DNA of 64,000 nucleotides, from positions 6,418,741 to 6,482,740 of the forward strand of contig OZ037768.1 in the NCBI GenBank assembly GCA_964035545.1, given 5' to 3'. Source of the stretch: Bugula neritina (taxonomy: Eukaryota > Animalia > Bryozoa). The notes under the pieces were generated by a model. That model was given only the letters and a program-made list of their open reading frames with translations, had not been told where the DNA came from and searched no databases. The first letter of the stretch is position 1, and every line of letters begins with the position of its first letter. Below are positions 13,001 to 25,109 of the stretch, piece after piece. A program made the position numbers and the translations under genes.

Positions 13001-16000
13001 AGGTATTCAGATAGCCCTGTTTGTTAGTTGTGGTGGGAATAAAAGTAAAGAATAAAAAGCAAAAATTTAAAAATAGTGAATTTTTTGGTTTTATTTGTTG
13101 ACACTTCATCAGTTTTATGCAAACATCGATATTTTAGATGTTTCTGGAATAAACAAAGTAGGCATCTCTTAAACTTTATTTGTGTTTTTTATATTATATA
13201 TGATCTAATACTCATATTATGTTTGTATATGTTAGTAGAAATAGCAGGAGAGATTATAGAGATAATCGCCCTGAAAGACGGGGTCTTAACAGACAAGCCT
13301 TTAGTTCTGATGGATGGGTAGATCCTTGGCAGAGAGTGAAACCAGAGGATAGAAGAAGGAACAGGAGACGGTCTAGGTAAGAACTTTATTCTACCAATAT
13401 GCCACACTCTAACAAAATATCTCCAATATATTATGTGCACTATTCATAACCTGTAAGGACATGACAGCTTCCAGTTCTATACAGCATACTTGATACTTAT
13501 TCTAGCGTCTAGCTTACAGTATCTGATAGTCTATCTTGTACAAGCAACAATTATTAGATTATCAATGGCCTAAGGGTTATTAAATTTTGTTTAGGATGGT
13601 ATCTTTGTATTGTGTTAATCAATCAACTTCTCATGTATTGTAGTTCTGGATCCTCATCCTTTTCCTCACTCAGTGATAGCAGTCGTCAATCTAGTGCATC
13701 TCCCTTTTCTTCCAGGTAAATTATGCGGTTCTACTTTCATGGCAGCGCCATATCGTTATTGCTGATTTGAATAAAGTTGGTATAGGGAAAGCTATTTTGA
13801 AAGCATGTATGTGAGCTTTGCTTTCTGCAGTTAGTGAAATCTAATAGACTTTCACTGTATATTTCAGTCTACATATTTTTTTCATTTGGTTATATTTGTG
13901 TTGCAGATCTCGAAGTCGTACGAGAACCCCAACTCCATTAAGAAATATTGCTAAACCTAAGAATTTTGTAACGCAAGGCAATTCTAGACCTGGTGATAAA
14001 AGAAGCAGGGATCAAACTCAACCTGACGGTGCCCAGGATAACAGACCTGTGAGAAGAGGTCCGGAATGGCCTTCTGGTAAATCTGACTTTTGACTTTTAT
14101 GTGGAAAATTGTTATTCTAATTTAAAAAAACTTGTGTATGTAGTGTACTACTGTGTGTACTGTGTAGCGTGTTACTGTGTAACGCACTATCTACCGTGTG
14201 GTTGCTTTGCACTTATCAATGTAAAAATGGGCATTGCGAATGAAGCTTTTGCTAATCTCATTCATTTTTTAATAATTGTTTGAAATACTCTCTGGTTTCA
14301 ACAGTTGTCTGTCAATGCTGTAAATGTATAGCTGGTTCTTGTGCCTAAATATATAACGGGCATTTGAAACAAATGGCAATGTGTTTGAATTAATTTTATA
14401 TCAATGTTAATGATGATGGATTATTTACTGTGTTCCTTTACTTTTTACTTTTTAAATCGTATTTGTGTTGGATTGTTTATCAACTTTGATGATAGCATAA
14501 TTCTAATGTAATTTGCTATAAAATGTTGAGCTTGAAATATGCTCAACATTTTGGATAAATTAAACAGGATAAAGACACAGGTGAATCTTGTAGGACAAAT
14601 TTCTAACGGAGAGAGACCTCCTCTCTTAGGTAACCGAAATAGACAGACTGATCCTGTTGATAAGAGTAGTAGAGATAAACAGGCAGGAGTGTCTGGTAAC
14701 ATACCAGATGCCAGATTGTCTCGCAGAGATGTGCCACATCCTTCTAGAAAAAATAAGAATAAGTTTAAAAGGAACAGTTCATCTGGCAGGTGGGACTATC
14801 TTACTGTATCCCCCACTATTTCACTATTCCAACAGTTTTACTGGTGTCGGTGTATTTGTAAAACACTATGTTTGATGAAGTAAAATTTAGATATATCACT
14901 AATCCTGGTAACAATGGCTGTTCTTCTAGTAGGTGTCGGAGATACTGACATTAAATTCAGTTTTCCAGCACATGGTTTCATATAATATTTAGAAGGTGAC
15001 CAAACAAGCCCTTATTCTCATTTTAGCAGCTCGTCAAGTAGTAGTAGCAGCTCCAGTTCCAGCAGATCAAACTCTAGCAGTAGCTCAGGCTCCAGTGACT
15101 CCAGTTCCTCTTCTGGATCTTCTTCTGACAGCAGCAGCAGTGATTCTAGTGGCAGCGAGAGCGATCAAATCTATTCCGGCATGAGTAAACCTAAAAGTAT
15201 GTGCGCTCTAGTCAGTCAACTGAACCTAGATGTTAATTTACTAAATTTACATACATTTTATTCGGAAATACATAACTTAATCTACTAAAGCTGATTTATG
15301 TTATATTTATTTTCTCAATGCTGCCACAGTTTTTGTTTTTCTAAAATTCTTTGGTGTTGTGGTGAGCTCTTGCTAAGTTTGTTTCTGATAAACTTGTGCA
15401 TAAAATATTGACTATTCCTTTTTAAGAAGAAAAGCGAAAACAGAAGAAGCGTTCAGACACAGCTCCTCGGCCAGTCAAACCTCCCACGTCTGCTTCAACA
15501 AAGTTGTCAGCAGTTACTAAAAAGTTAAATACTCCGGAGAGCTCAATGCGTGAAACCACCACTAGCACTAGTAAAGCAGGCATAAAGCTTACATTAGTAA
15601 ACAAGGTAACATAACATTTCCAGAGCTGCATGATTGTTACCTACAAGTCCTTATGAAAGGCGGTATTATCAACTTTTTAACCATATTGTAGACCAAAGTT
15701 CCGTCTAAAAAGAGAGTACTGGACTCTCCTCCACCTGAAGAGTTACCACCTTCTAAGAGAGCTAATCTACCAATGCCAGAGAAAGGTCAGTATGAAATGT
15801 CTCTTAGCCTGTTCAGTTTATCACTACGGTGGTTCATTCTATAACATTTTGAGAACAATTTTCACTGCTGATATCTTTACATTTTGTACAGTTGAAAGAC
15901 CCAAGACTGTAATAATCAAACCCGGCGCTGTGGCTGCTGCTAAGGCTAAAGCACAGCCACCCAAACCTGTGGCAGCACCAGTGGCCAAGGCTGTAACCAA

Positions 16001-16145
16001 ACCTTCATCGAAACCGGCAGCAAAACCCAGCAAGCCTTCAGCCACCACACTCGCCAAAAAGTCTCAACCCAACAGACGAGAAGAGCTTCTGAAACAGCTT
16101 AGAGCTGTGGAAGATGCAATTGCTAAAAAGCGATCAAAAACTTGA
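1074..16145 (+). CDS. ZC3H18: Zinc finger CCCH domain-containing protein 18 (CBC-NEXT/PAXT adaptor), multi-exon
   Basis: Phase-consistent GT-AG exons: 1074-1236, 8975-9277, 9678-9725, 9834-10103, 10533-10616, 11315-11450, 11841-12025, 12242-12375, several more, last 15892-16145. CCCH finger CRFFARGLCTWGYSCRFLHPGINDKGNY, ETPWERGLRQAKE, RS/Ser-rich middle, and C-terminal RREELLKQLRAVEDAIAKKR are all hallmark ZC3H18 segments. Confidence 0.93.
1329..1635 (-). repeat. 3' LTR (307 bp)
   Basis: Identical by eye to 8529-8835 (offset exactly 7200); minus strand reads TGTGGTGG...TATAACA. Confidence 0.97.
1636..1646 (-). other. Polypurine tract (PPT)
   Basis: Minus strand GGTGGGGGCGG directly abuts the 3' LTR. 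Confidence 0.8.
1925..2712 (-). CDS. Retrotransposon ORF3 (non-Env): C2H2 zinc finger / Arg-SP-rich / coiled-coil protein; predicted exon 2 of a spliced gag-leader mRNA
   Basis: Open frame 2746-1925 with CQIC-x12-H-x3-H, then C-x-C-x12-H-x4-C, KRRTRSPSPPLRRRRTPSP and a heptad helix (LATVEERLLRLQEEFTQL). No ATG at the start; acceptor TACTAAC...TTTTTCAG ends at 2713. Confidence 0.8.
3026..7595 (-). CDS. pol: Pol polyprotein (protease, RT, RNase H, integrase); integrase C-terminus disrupted in this copy
   Basis: FLIDSGC (PR), WRFCVDYRKLN and YLDD (RT), DTDAS...KELLA...TDH (RH), HHCC plus DLVG/DQG/ERNN (INT). GPY motif lies in a shifted frame (3677-3916), followed by an in-frame TAG at 3677-3679 and a tail with RTRQPPAYLKDFV to 3026. 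Confidence 0.95.
7544..8497 (-). CDS. gag: Gag (capsid plus CCHC nucleocapsid knuckle)
   Basis: 317 aa starting 12 nt after the PBS; APTFTGEEEVEQFI...W...LRARFG capsid-like region; CWECGNQGHFRRYC knuckle. Confidence 0.93.
   Translation of the reverse strand: METENAGTQPPAIEGERRDNAVETMPVNHVVEERRVPRELAEDRYRLKAPTFTGEEEVEQFIQEFSDVMDVAQWPPRVALLKLRMALMDKAKPYGLGVDIDNIFASLRARFGLSATDARARLQRLRRDPRTPLREHAAAVMKLAQIAYSDLPPVNRERYTLDAFIASVDDLGLHHQFLARGVTTVEDALTEGEAYLLANQMHKSRGSSRQVEIDRADTAAGQGEETPAAAAVSQLATASKVTQMTDMLAKLIATLTPQNPVSTAPEPMRPSAPPQGETVSFCWECGNQGHFRRYCPFLNQGLNYRGPQMFPPSAGRR
7551..7595 (-). promoter_or_regulatory. -1 programmed ribosomal frameshift signal (slippery heptamer plus GC stem-loop)
   Basis: G_UUA_AAC in gag frame (7595-7589), 5-nt spacer, then CGGCCCGC...GCGGGCCG 8-bp stem; pol is in the -1 frame across the overlap. 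Confidence 0.85.
8510..8527 (-). other. Primer-binding site, tRNA-Leu type
   Basis: TGGTGGCAGCAGTGGGAT (18 nt), 1 nt from the 5' LTR; complements a tRNA 3' end ATCCCACTGCTGCCACCA resembling metazoan tRNA-Leu(AAG/UAG). Confidence 0.85.
8529..8835 (-). repeat. 5' LTR (307 bp)
   Basis: Identical to 1329-1635; contains an Inr-like TCAGT and a TATAAAATAT element on the minus strand. Confidence 0.97.
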
Positions 16146-16994
16146 ATGTTTTCAACTCAAATTAGCATATTTAAAGGCTTTGGAAGTAATAAGTTAATGC
16201 TCTAAGTTTGAGTCTAAGTTCTAATGCTGTTCCACCAGATGATTTTTGTTGATTCTGGAACATTAAAATATTTAATCTATTGTAAATAGTATCAACTTCA
16301 CATTTTTAAATATTTCTTGTACAATTTTATGATCTGATTCTTTTTCCGAATTGTAATGATCGTAGAAAAAATGCGGTTTGTAAAACTATGGATTTCGTTT
16401 TACACTGTGCTACTTCAACATCTTTTTCTATAATTCTCTAATTGCTAAAACGTTGAATCTTGCATTTTGGAAAATAAAAATATAGTATAATGTTGAAGTC
16501 ACTAAAACCCCTGCAAGATATCATGGGATAAATAATTGCTTCAAGGTGCTGGAAAAGAAAATGCAATTACACTATAAAACAGAATAATTATATTTGCGAA
16601 GAATTCCATTCAATAGAACTAGTGATTTACATGAGTTTACATTGCTGAAGCTAGTTGAAGTATATATAATCAAGGCCAAACATTACTACTGGCAAGCACG
16701 ACTACAAATTATTCATCATAATCCTGACATCTATGAATGAAATATTATTTACAGTAATTAAATAAATACCAATATAAGCAATTTCCTTTAGACCAAATTT
16801 AAAACGTGGCTAATATATTCAAAACATTATAAAGAAATGGTATTACTAAATATTTTGGGGCTGGATAAAAAACAGTTAATTATATCTATAAGTGCAGCAT
16901 TATTACAGTGAGGCAAAAAAATGTAATGTTTATGATCATTATAATATATGTAAATCTCTCATTAGCAGCGAATCTTGCATGAATATTTATGATG

Positions 16995-19900
16995 TCATAG
17001 CTCCATATCTTGGGCCTCGTCTTCTGAGAAGTCGCTGAGAGAAGATTCAGATTCATCCGACTTGTCTCCTCCATTCATGCAAGTGGCTCCTTCATTTGTA
17101 GCTCTCTTTATTTGTTCATTTGTAGCTTGCTCCGTGGCATACTTCTTGACGTATTCTACAACATTAATTTCTTTTATAGTCACAGTTACTAGTAGGATAA
17201 ATGTAACAATCAAACTCCATAGCAGTGTTTCACCCATTGCCGTTTGACCTGCGATACAGAGACCAAGTGCTGTGGAGTTGGAAGAAGTAACTTGGTAGAG
17301 CTAAAAAAGAACTTGTACCATATTCCAAGAAGTCACAGCGCTTGCACAGTATTACAATAACAAAACAATCTATAACATGTAGAAATTGAATGCAAAATAA
17401 AGAATTGATTTCGATGTAAAGATTTCAAGAATAAACAATGCATGACTGAAATTTAGTGGTTTCAGACAGCATTTGGAATAAATTGAGACCAACATATATA
17501 TTTTTTATTTTAAAATCGATCACCTTTGACTTTTTTGTTATATTCTTCAGGTTTATGCAATAGTAGGGCAGCTGCATCTCCATTTAACGGATCAGATGGG
17601 TTTGGATATCTCAGCAATTGAGGTAAAAAAGATTCAAATATATTAGTCAGATCTGCAACAGAAAAAACCTATTTTTAAATAAATATATACACAAATAGTC
17701 AGAATATTTATTTATGTATAAGATGTATTGTAACACTTTCTGAAGATCCACATTTTGATTAAAGGGGTCAATAAGAAAATGAAACCCCATACGAAGCATT
17801 CTTCAGTCTTTAACTAAAAATCTCATGTTTGATTATGAATGTTTCTGTTAAGTAGGCCTATGATTTTCTTTTAATTGGGACTAGCACCTGGTGGCTTCCC
17901 AAACCATTAGCATAACATGATAAAACCCTTAAATCTGGGGGTAAGATATTAACTGAATTGAGTTGTTCAAAGACCTTTAGGTTATAATGCTGAAAGCAGT
18001 TGTTATACAAAAGTGAAAAGGTTATTTCAAAAGAGAAGAGAGCTACTAAATATTTCGACTACATCATCAAACCACTGCCTATGTAACTCCATGCTTACAG
18101 CTTACCATATAGTGCAGTCCATGTCTGGTTTATAACATTAAGACAAACAGTTCCTGAGCTAAAAAATCAAGAGCGCCAATGTCAGGACATTCAATACATG
18201 TCAATAGAAATAAAAAGCAAAAAGCGTTTGAAAATAACTAGCAATAAGTAAATAAAAACAAATCTTTCATTAGCATGATAAATGCTTTTTATAACTGCCA
18301 CAGCATATACTTACACTTCATCAATATTTGGATGATATATTCTGTTCATAAAACCTACAAATAATTACAAATCAAATAATTTGAAATAAATCTATTTTTA
18401 GGTGATCTGATTAGAAATAAATTATCACATCACAAATATATTAGACAGAAAAATAAGGTTTAACATTGTTTAGCCTTTACCAATAGAAGGACTTTTGAAA
18501 GGATAAGCTTCTGGGAGATCTACTCTGACATTCCATATTCCACCTTCATAGGGTGCTACAAAAATATCATCAGAAGTAATGCCAAATAGCTTGAAATTCT
18601 ATGTATTCCACAAAAAATAAAAATAACAAATTATAGTACACAGTCTACATAGTTACTAAATGAGATATTACAAAAAACAGTTTACGCAACAGAATAACAC
18701 AATGAGTAACTGGACTTTGTCCAGTGGTTAGGAAAATAAAAGCCTTACTTTCATTAGGTCCATCGAACCTTACTATGAATTCATTCATGTTATCTAAAAT
18801 GGTGACTTGGTATTTGCTTTCCATCCTACAAACAGTTGAGAAATTATAAATTGTGACAATAATCCATAACTGCAACATTTTAACTTTCAAAGGTTAAAAG
18901 AGGTCAAAAATTATTATATAATACCACACTGCATGTATAAGAGCATAGCCACTTGAGATGCATATTGTCAACTACAGATTCATGATTACTCAGCACTTAA
19001 TTAAATCGTCAAAATCAACTATCTCAAAACCGATCTCCAATATGACTTACTAAGTTGTGCAAGTCATTGACTTTCACTCTATGGAAGCTGATACTGCCTT
19101 ACATTTTCCACATTTAAAGGCCTGGCCTCACGATCGTGAGATCACACTAAATCGTCTATTTGACACGAAAAAAGAATCGTACGAGAAAAATTGAGGGAAT
19201 TCAAACGAAATCGTCTTTGTTGGGTGTACACAACGATGATGATGGATGAAAAATCACAATCGACGATAAGTACCATTTAATTGGTCAATAGAATTTTAGC
19301 AACAGTAATTATTTCATCTCTACCACGTTTCGCTATTTGGTAATTTTCTGCTGTTTGTATTTCGTACAAGATTCATTCACGGACTATTTATTATGTGTTT
19401 TGTCTGACGAATGTGTGGCTGGTCATAACGAGAGGATAACTCATGAAAATCGTCACACGATTTCGTGTGATTCTCACGATCGTGAGGCCAGGCCTTTAGA
19501 ATAAATAAGTCAGGCAGGACTTGGAAAGGAAAATTTATACGCATATAAACTTTTATTTAGGAGCAGCTGCGGTCTAGAGGTTAGAGTGTTTGGCTTAGCC
19601 AACACGAAGTCATGGATTAAAATGCTGACAAAAGGCCATTGGTAATGTTAGGAAGAGCACCTGGTCATAATTGCCTCTGTGCCCCATCTGAATAAGTCCT
19701 TAACCCGACTTAACAAGAAACCCTTCCATCAGGGGTTTTCTCACAGAGATGGTGACCATAAACTTTCGTGAGTTTTTTTATATAAACTTCAATTCCAGCT
19801 TTAAAATGCAGTTAAAAATATTTTTTAGGTATCCGTTTCCATGTTAGGATAACAAATATTCTTGCTATGTAACTTGTTATCAGAACTGATGCTATTGTGT

Positions 19901-20812
19901 AAAGTGCATCACACAGATTAACTTAGAAAAGAAAGGAGGCATGTAAGATTTTCTTCAAAAGGGCAACAGTTTGAATCACTTTTCCAGCCAGCAGAGCATT
20001 TCTTAATGATACATTCATGAATGCAGAGACTTTTTTTTATTTTCTTCAGAGTTAAAGATTATCCATCGGTATGTTGCTTGGTTTTTAAGTATTTCCATGT
20101 TGCTTGTAGTTTGTTATTCTTATTTTAGTTATATTTATTTCTGGTATCATACAGCAGCACATTACTAAATTTTCTAGTTCAAATGGTTTTAATTACTAAA
20201 TAAATGAGCAATAAACATAATACTAGCGTAACTTTTATTTGGCATAACACGAATTATCAAACAAAGGTGGTCTTAAAACTTTTTGCAAATGATTGTAAAT
20301 ATTTACTTTTAGTGAGCATTGCACATATATTTCATAAATCAATATTAAATGACGGGTCTTATAAGATGATTTGGAGAATCCAAACGCGGTTGGTCATTAT
20401 AAAAATAATGGTCACCATTATTTTTTATTTAACTATTTTACTTTAAACTTTCAATTGCGATTAGGCTGTGCAGAATTATTCAAAAATTGAAAAGTAAGAT
20501 TCAGATTAAGTGCAAATTGAAATTAAAGTTACAAACCCAACTGAAAGTGAAACAGGATTTAACCTTGGAAATTGTAAATTCTAACGTATTACTATTAGTA
20601 TTACCTATCTACTTAATAACTAATAATATAATTCAACAAGAAAGAAAGCTAGGTTTTGAAAATTGAATTTAAAACAATAACTATGACTATGAGTACCAGT
20701 ATAAATTAAAGTAAAGATAAATTGAAATTTAAAAGTTATACTAGAAAACCTCAACCTACAGCTTAACAATGTCAGTGTCCATTCTTCGTTTTCCTGGACT
20801 AGGTGATGACAT
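16995..20812 (-). CDS. UBE2H: Ubiquitin-conjugating enzyme E2 H, 7 coding exons
   Basis: [18 protein letters not shown] start (20812-20760); exons ~18825-18749, 18555-18481, 18354-18315 (HPNIDE), 18159-18107 ([12 protein letters not shown]), 17653-17523, 17155-16995 ending [13 protein letters not shown]. Confidence 0.96.
19117..19496. mobile_element. MITE / non-autonomous DNA transposon (~380 bp) in a UBE2H intron
   Basis: ~40-bp terminal inverted repeats AAGGCCTGGCCTCACGATCGTGAG(A)ATCACAC.AAATCGT; flanks read as TA/TA (or TAA/TTA if the ends are set 1 bp inward); no coding capacity. Confidence 0.88.
19561..19685 (+). mobile_element. Possible decayed tRNA-derived SINE fragment
   Basis: A-box-like GCGGTCTAGAGGTTAGAG followed by GGTAATGTTAGGAAG, loosely echoed at ~27056 (GTGGTGTCAGGAAAG); no intact B-box. 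Confidence 0.35.
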
Positions 20813-20839
20813 CTTCACTGTTTAAGTTTATATGCTAAA

Positions 20840-21330
20840 ATAGAAGAGTTAAGCAAAAAACAGCTCACAGCGTACAAATGCTCGAAGTAGCCTAAGGTGT
20901 GAACAAGCAACTTTGAGGTAGAGCAACTTGAAGGTAAAGTGATATTTTCCAAGAGAAATGATCACGAAGTGCTCACTCAGGTTGGCTAGTCACGTGATCT
21001 AGCTTGTACAACGCCACGAGTTGTAGTTTCGTTTTATAGCATAATTACTTTTTGGAGTGTTTTCGGCTGTTTTTATTTGTAAGCAAACATCCAAGTGTCA
21101 AAAAAGTTGAATGAAAAACTAAATTAATTTTCAAGTATTTTTTTAAAACAAAACAAATTTACAAGCTGACACAAATCAAATAGTCCTAACATGCGAGTAA
21201 TAAGATTTTCGTTGCTCGATGCCAAGAGTTATCCTTTGTTTATAAACATTAAACACGTGGTTATTACCTTTTCCACCAAAGATTGGTGGTAGCTGTAGTT
21301 TTCTTTTAGGAAGGAGTGGGCAAGAGTGGG
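20840..21330. promoter_or_regulatory. Candidate divergent promoter region between UBE2H and SDS
   Basis: Head-to-head genes, both with splice acceptors just upstream of their ATG; GTCACGTGA E-box at 20989-20997 and a second CACGTG near 21254. Confidence 0.5.
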
Positions 21331-22276
21331 TGAATTAAATTTATCATTTTTTAGTTTTATGGAATATAGAAATCGCACATTAATGTTGTATTCCGTTATT
21401 TAGTACATGTGAATATTATTTTTGATTATTACATTGTTTTATCTTTGTAAGACAAAAGTAGTCGGCATAATTGCTCTGTAAACATTGACTTTAGGTTTAA
21501 CTTCAAGTTTATCTTATCTCCTCTACTTTCAACTTGTTATTTTGAGTTATCTGTTTTTGATTTATTTTGAATTTGAACTTCATATTACATCTTTAATGCT
21601 GTTTTATATTGGTACTAAAAGCTATTGCAAAATCAAAATGAAAGTGGCAATGTGAGACAGAATGTCAAACTCAATACATGTGTGCTGAATGAAACATTAT
21701 GATTATGATTACCATTGTCATTGTGCCCATAGCTTATACTAATTATCTTTACTATAGTTCTTTTAAAAATACTGTTAAAGATGTAACGTGAGTGTTCGTT
21801 TTAGAGTAAATGTCTAATTCATGTCATTATTCATTATCATAATCGTTGATAGTTATCAGTTTTGACTTATAGCAATTAGGATAATTTTATTAATATTAAA
21901 TTCAGTGATTAAAATCGTGGTTGTAGTCATTTGTCATAATTATGGATATTATTTTTACAATCAAAGCAATTTTTGGCTGAGTGAAAAATAAATGAAGTTG
22001 TATTCACAAATTTTAAGTTCTGGTCTTGGTAAAGACTGTAATGGGTTAGAAGCCTGGTGTGAAATACTTTATTTCAGTACATATACATATATAATATATG
22101 ATTGCAATTTGAAAAATTGCCTTATTTTAAAAAAACTAGTTTGGTCTCAAAATCAAATTGTAAACTGCATGAAATTCACACAAATTTTTATATTTAATGC
22201 AAGACTATCACTTCTGAGTTTTTTATTTTAGAATCAGTTAAGAGTTTTTTGTGACATACTTGTTGATCTGAAGAAG

Positions 22277-25109
22277 ATGGCTCTGCACATTGAGACTCCA
22301 CTGATAGCTAGCACAGCCATTTCTTGCATTGCCTCGTGTAAGGTCTGGCTAAAGTTGGAGAACTGCCAACCTAGTGCATCATTTAAGTTGCGAGGTATTG
22401 GTGCACTGTGTATTGAGGTAAGCTATTTCTATGGTGTTTTTCTTTTAAAGTTTAGCTTGAAAATTTATCCAAATGTATAAAATAACCAAACTTTAAAGCT
22501 TTTTCTCATTGAAATTAAAGTCTGTCCCACCATATTTCACAAAATTCTTTCTTTCAACTTTTGGTGTTTGTAAGTTTATAATTAACTAAATAAATTCAGT
22601 CAGCCTTGTAAGAGTAGACACAAGCTCAAATTCTGAACAAAGTCTTAGGCTTTTTGCTGTTATTGTTGTTTTGTATTCTATATTACTCAAATTATTCTTG
22701 CATTTCTCAACACAAGTCAATGCATCAAGTCTATCACAAAACTCTTGTTATGTAACCATATAGCTAGAGAATGTTTTATTTATTTAGCTGTAATGTTGCA
22801 GTCTAAGAATGCTGGGAAGAAGAAGATCATCAGCTCATCTGGAGGTAACGCAGGTCTGGCAGCTGCATATTCCAGTAAACTCTTGAATATGCCATGTAAG
22901 ATCTTTGTACCTGGGAGCACCTCTCAACATACTATCAAACTGCTAGAAGCCGAGGTTTGTTTTATTAGCAACCTTCAACCATTCCACACTTATAAGATTT
23001 TTGTGTGTGTATATCTTTATAATTTACTTATTTAAGCAGTCATTCAACTACTGAAGGTATTTCATTTTCTTCAAGTTAAAATATTTAAAAATAGCTTGGT
23101 TAGTGAAATATCATATTGCTGTAAATAGATCATATTTGTTATTATAATATAGACACGATTATAAACCTACAACTGGGTCGTTTTTACTCCGTGACTTCAA
23201 TTGCTCTTTAAACTCCAGTTACTTTTCCCTATATAGTCGCTATAGTTTGGAATTGTTCTCTCATATATAATCAGGGAGCCGAAGTACAAGTTGTTGGAAA
23301 AATTTGGGATGATGCTAATGCTGCTGCCATGGAGGAAATAAAAGCTAACCCGGACTATGCTTTTGTTCATCCCTTTGATCACCCAACTATTTGGTGTGTA
23401 CTTCAAGTATTTGATTGAAATTGTAATAATACTGCTGCCATGTTCTGATCTCATAATGATTTAAGTGAATGTTTTGTAGGAAAGGAAACAGCACTGTTAT
23501 TCATGAGATAAAGCATCAGCTGGGAAACATTGTTCCAGGCTGCATCATTGCATCTTGTGGTGGTGGGGGCTTATTGACAGGTAATAATATTGCTTTATAT
23601 ATTGCGACTGGTGGAGTTATCCTTCCAAACTAAATGTACAGTGATGTAGTTTGCCTTGCATTTTGAAAGTAAAATGTGTAAAATAAGATTCACTGGCATT
23701 TTTATGCAGGGATTTGCTTTAATTACTGTAACTTAAAGTAGCCTAATGATACACCTAAATTTAGACTAATTTCTCCAGAGTAGCTCATCGAAACATTATA
23801 ATGTTTATGTTTAGTCTCCATTTCTTTATACTTTGACAACAGTTGCATTTAATGAGTATTTTACAAGAAAAAACTTATTACAGTTTAGGCCATAAAGAAA
23901 GCATTCGAGCAGATTTTACAGACTTGACATATATGTACTGTGTTTCCTATGAGATAGCTAACTCTATCATACTGACTATCAGGCATCATACAGGGACTAG
24001 ATGAGATTGGTTGGTCTCATGTTCCAGTAGTTGCCGTGGAAACTGAAGGCGCTGATTGTCTTGCTGCTAGCGTAGCTGCCAACAAACTAGTCACACTTCC
24101 AGATATTACAAGGTGTGTCTATACTTTATATGAGACTAATGCTTCAAGTTACAAGCAAATCGTTCAGGTTTCAGTATAAGTGTAAAGCAGTGTAATAGAT
24201 ATGAAACCAACTCTGAGTTGTTCATGTCATTTGCTCGCAGTGCTGATGTAGAATATTTGTTGTAGTATTGCCAAGTCGCTAGGGAGTCGTACAGTATGTC
24301 AGCAGTTGTTTGACTACACTAAGGATCATAATATCTTATCACACACCGTCACTGATACAGCTGCTGTCGATGCCTGCATAAAATTTGCAGGTAAGGATTA
24401 TATTATGTAATTGAGCCTTCGTTATGTTTGGACATGGTCAACCTCATTAGGTTGACTTTAATTGTATTCTAGTGACTCATAAATCGATTTTTAAAGGAAA
24501 GAAGTAATCTCTAAAAAATATTAATTTTGTTTCCTGAATTATTACTTAAGACAAAAATATTAAATGATTTAAACAAATTATCAATATTTAAAAAAGAGTT
24601 GACAACTCCTAATTTGTTCGTATAGGTTGCTGAATAATTTACAAGTATACTATATATAAATATATTGTTAAATTATTATCTAAAAGTAATTTCTGTTGTA
24701 GGTTAAAGTTCAAAAACAATTGAATTATTAGTATTCAATGAATATATAACATAATTATGAATATATTGCATAATAAGTGTTTAGTAACCAATAAATATCA
24801 AGACATTAAATAGCAGATATATGTTGCTTTAATATCCTGTGGCTATGAGACAGTGGTAGTATACATGTGTATAATCTTACAATTTCTTGTATAAAAGAGT
24901 TCTTTCTTTCAGATGATCACAGAATGCTGGTTGAACCTGCATGTGGTGCGTCTCTAGCAGTCATTTATTCTGGAGAAATTCAGAGACTGCAAGAAACTGG
25001 CAAACTGCCAAAGGATCTGGATAATATTGTAGTGGTAGTGTGTGGTGGGAATAGTGTATCTATGGAAACTATGGAATCATATAAAATGCTAATATCTTCA
25101 ACTGCTTAA
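22277..25109 (+). CDS. SDSL: L-serine/L-threonine dehydratase (SDS/SDSL family, PLP-dependent), 7 coding exons
   Basis: KLENCQPSASFKLRGIG (PLP lysine), SSSGGNAG, HPFDHPTIW, GGGGL, VAVETEGA, LVEPACGASLA, VVCGGN; exons ~22277-22417, 22802-22954, 23275-23392, 23481-23580, 23983-24111, 24266-24390, 24913-25109. Co-ortholog of vertebrate SDS and SDSL. Confidence 0.92.

Noticed and set aside
16995-20812. U12-type introns in UBE2H
   Set aside because: All donors read as U2-type GT; no RTATCCTT signature seen.
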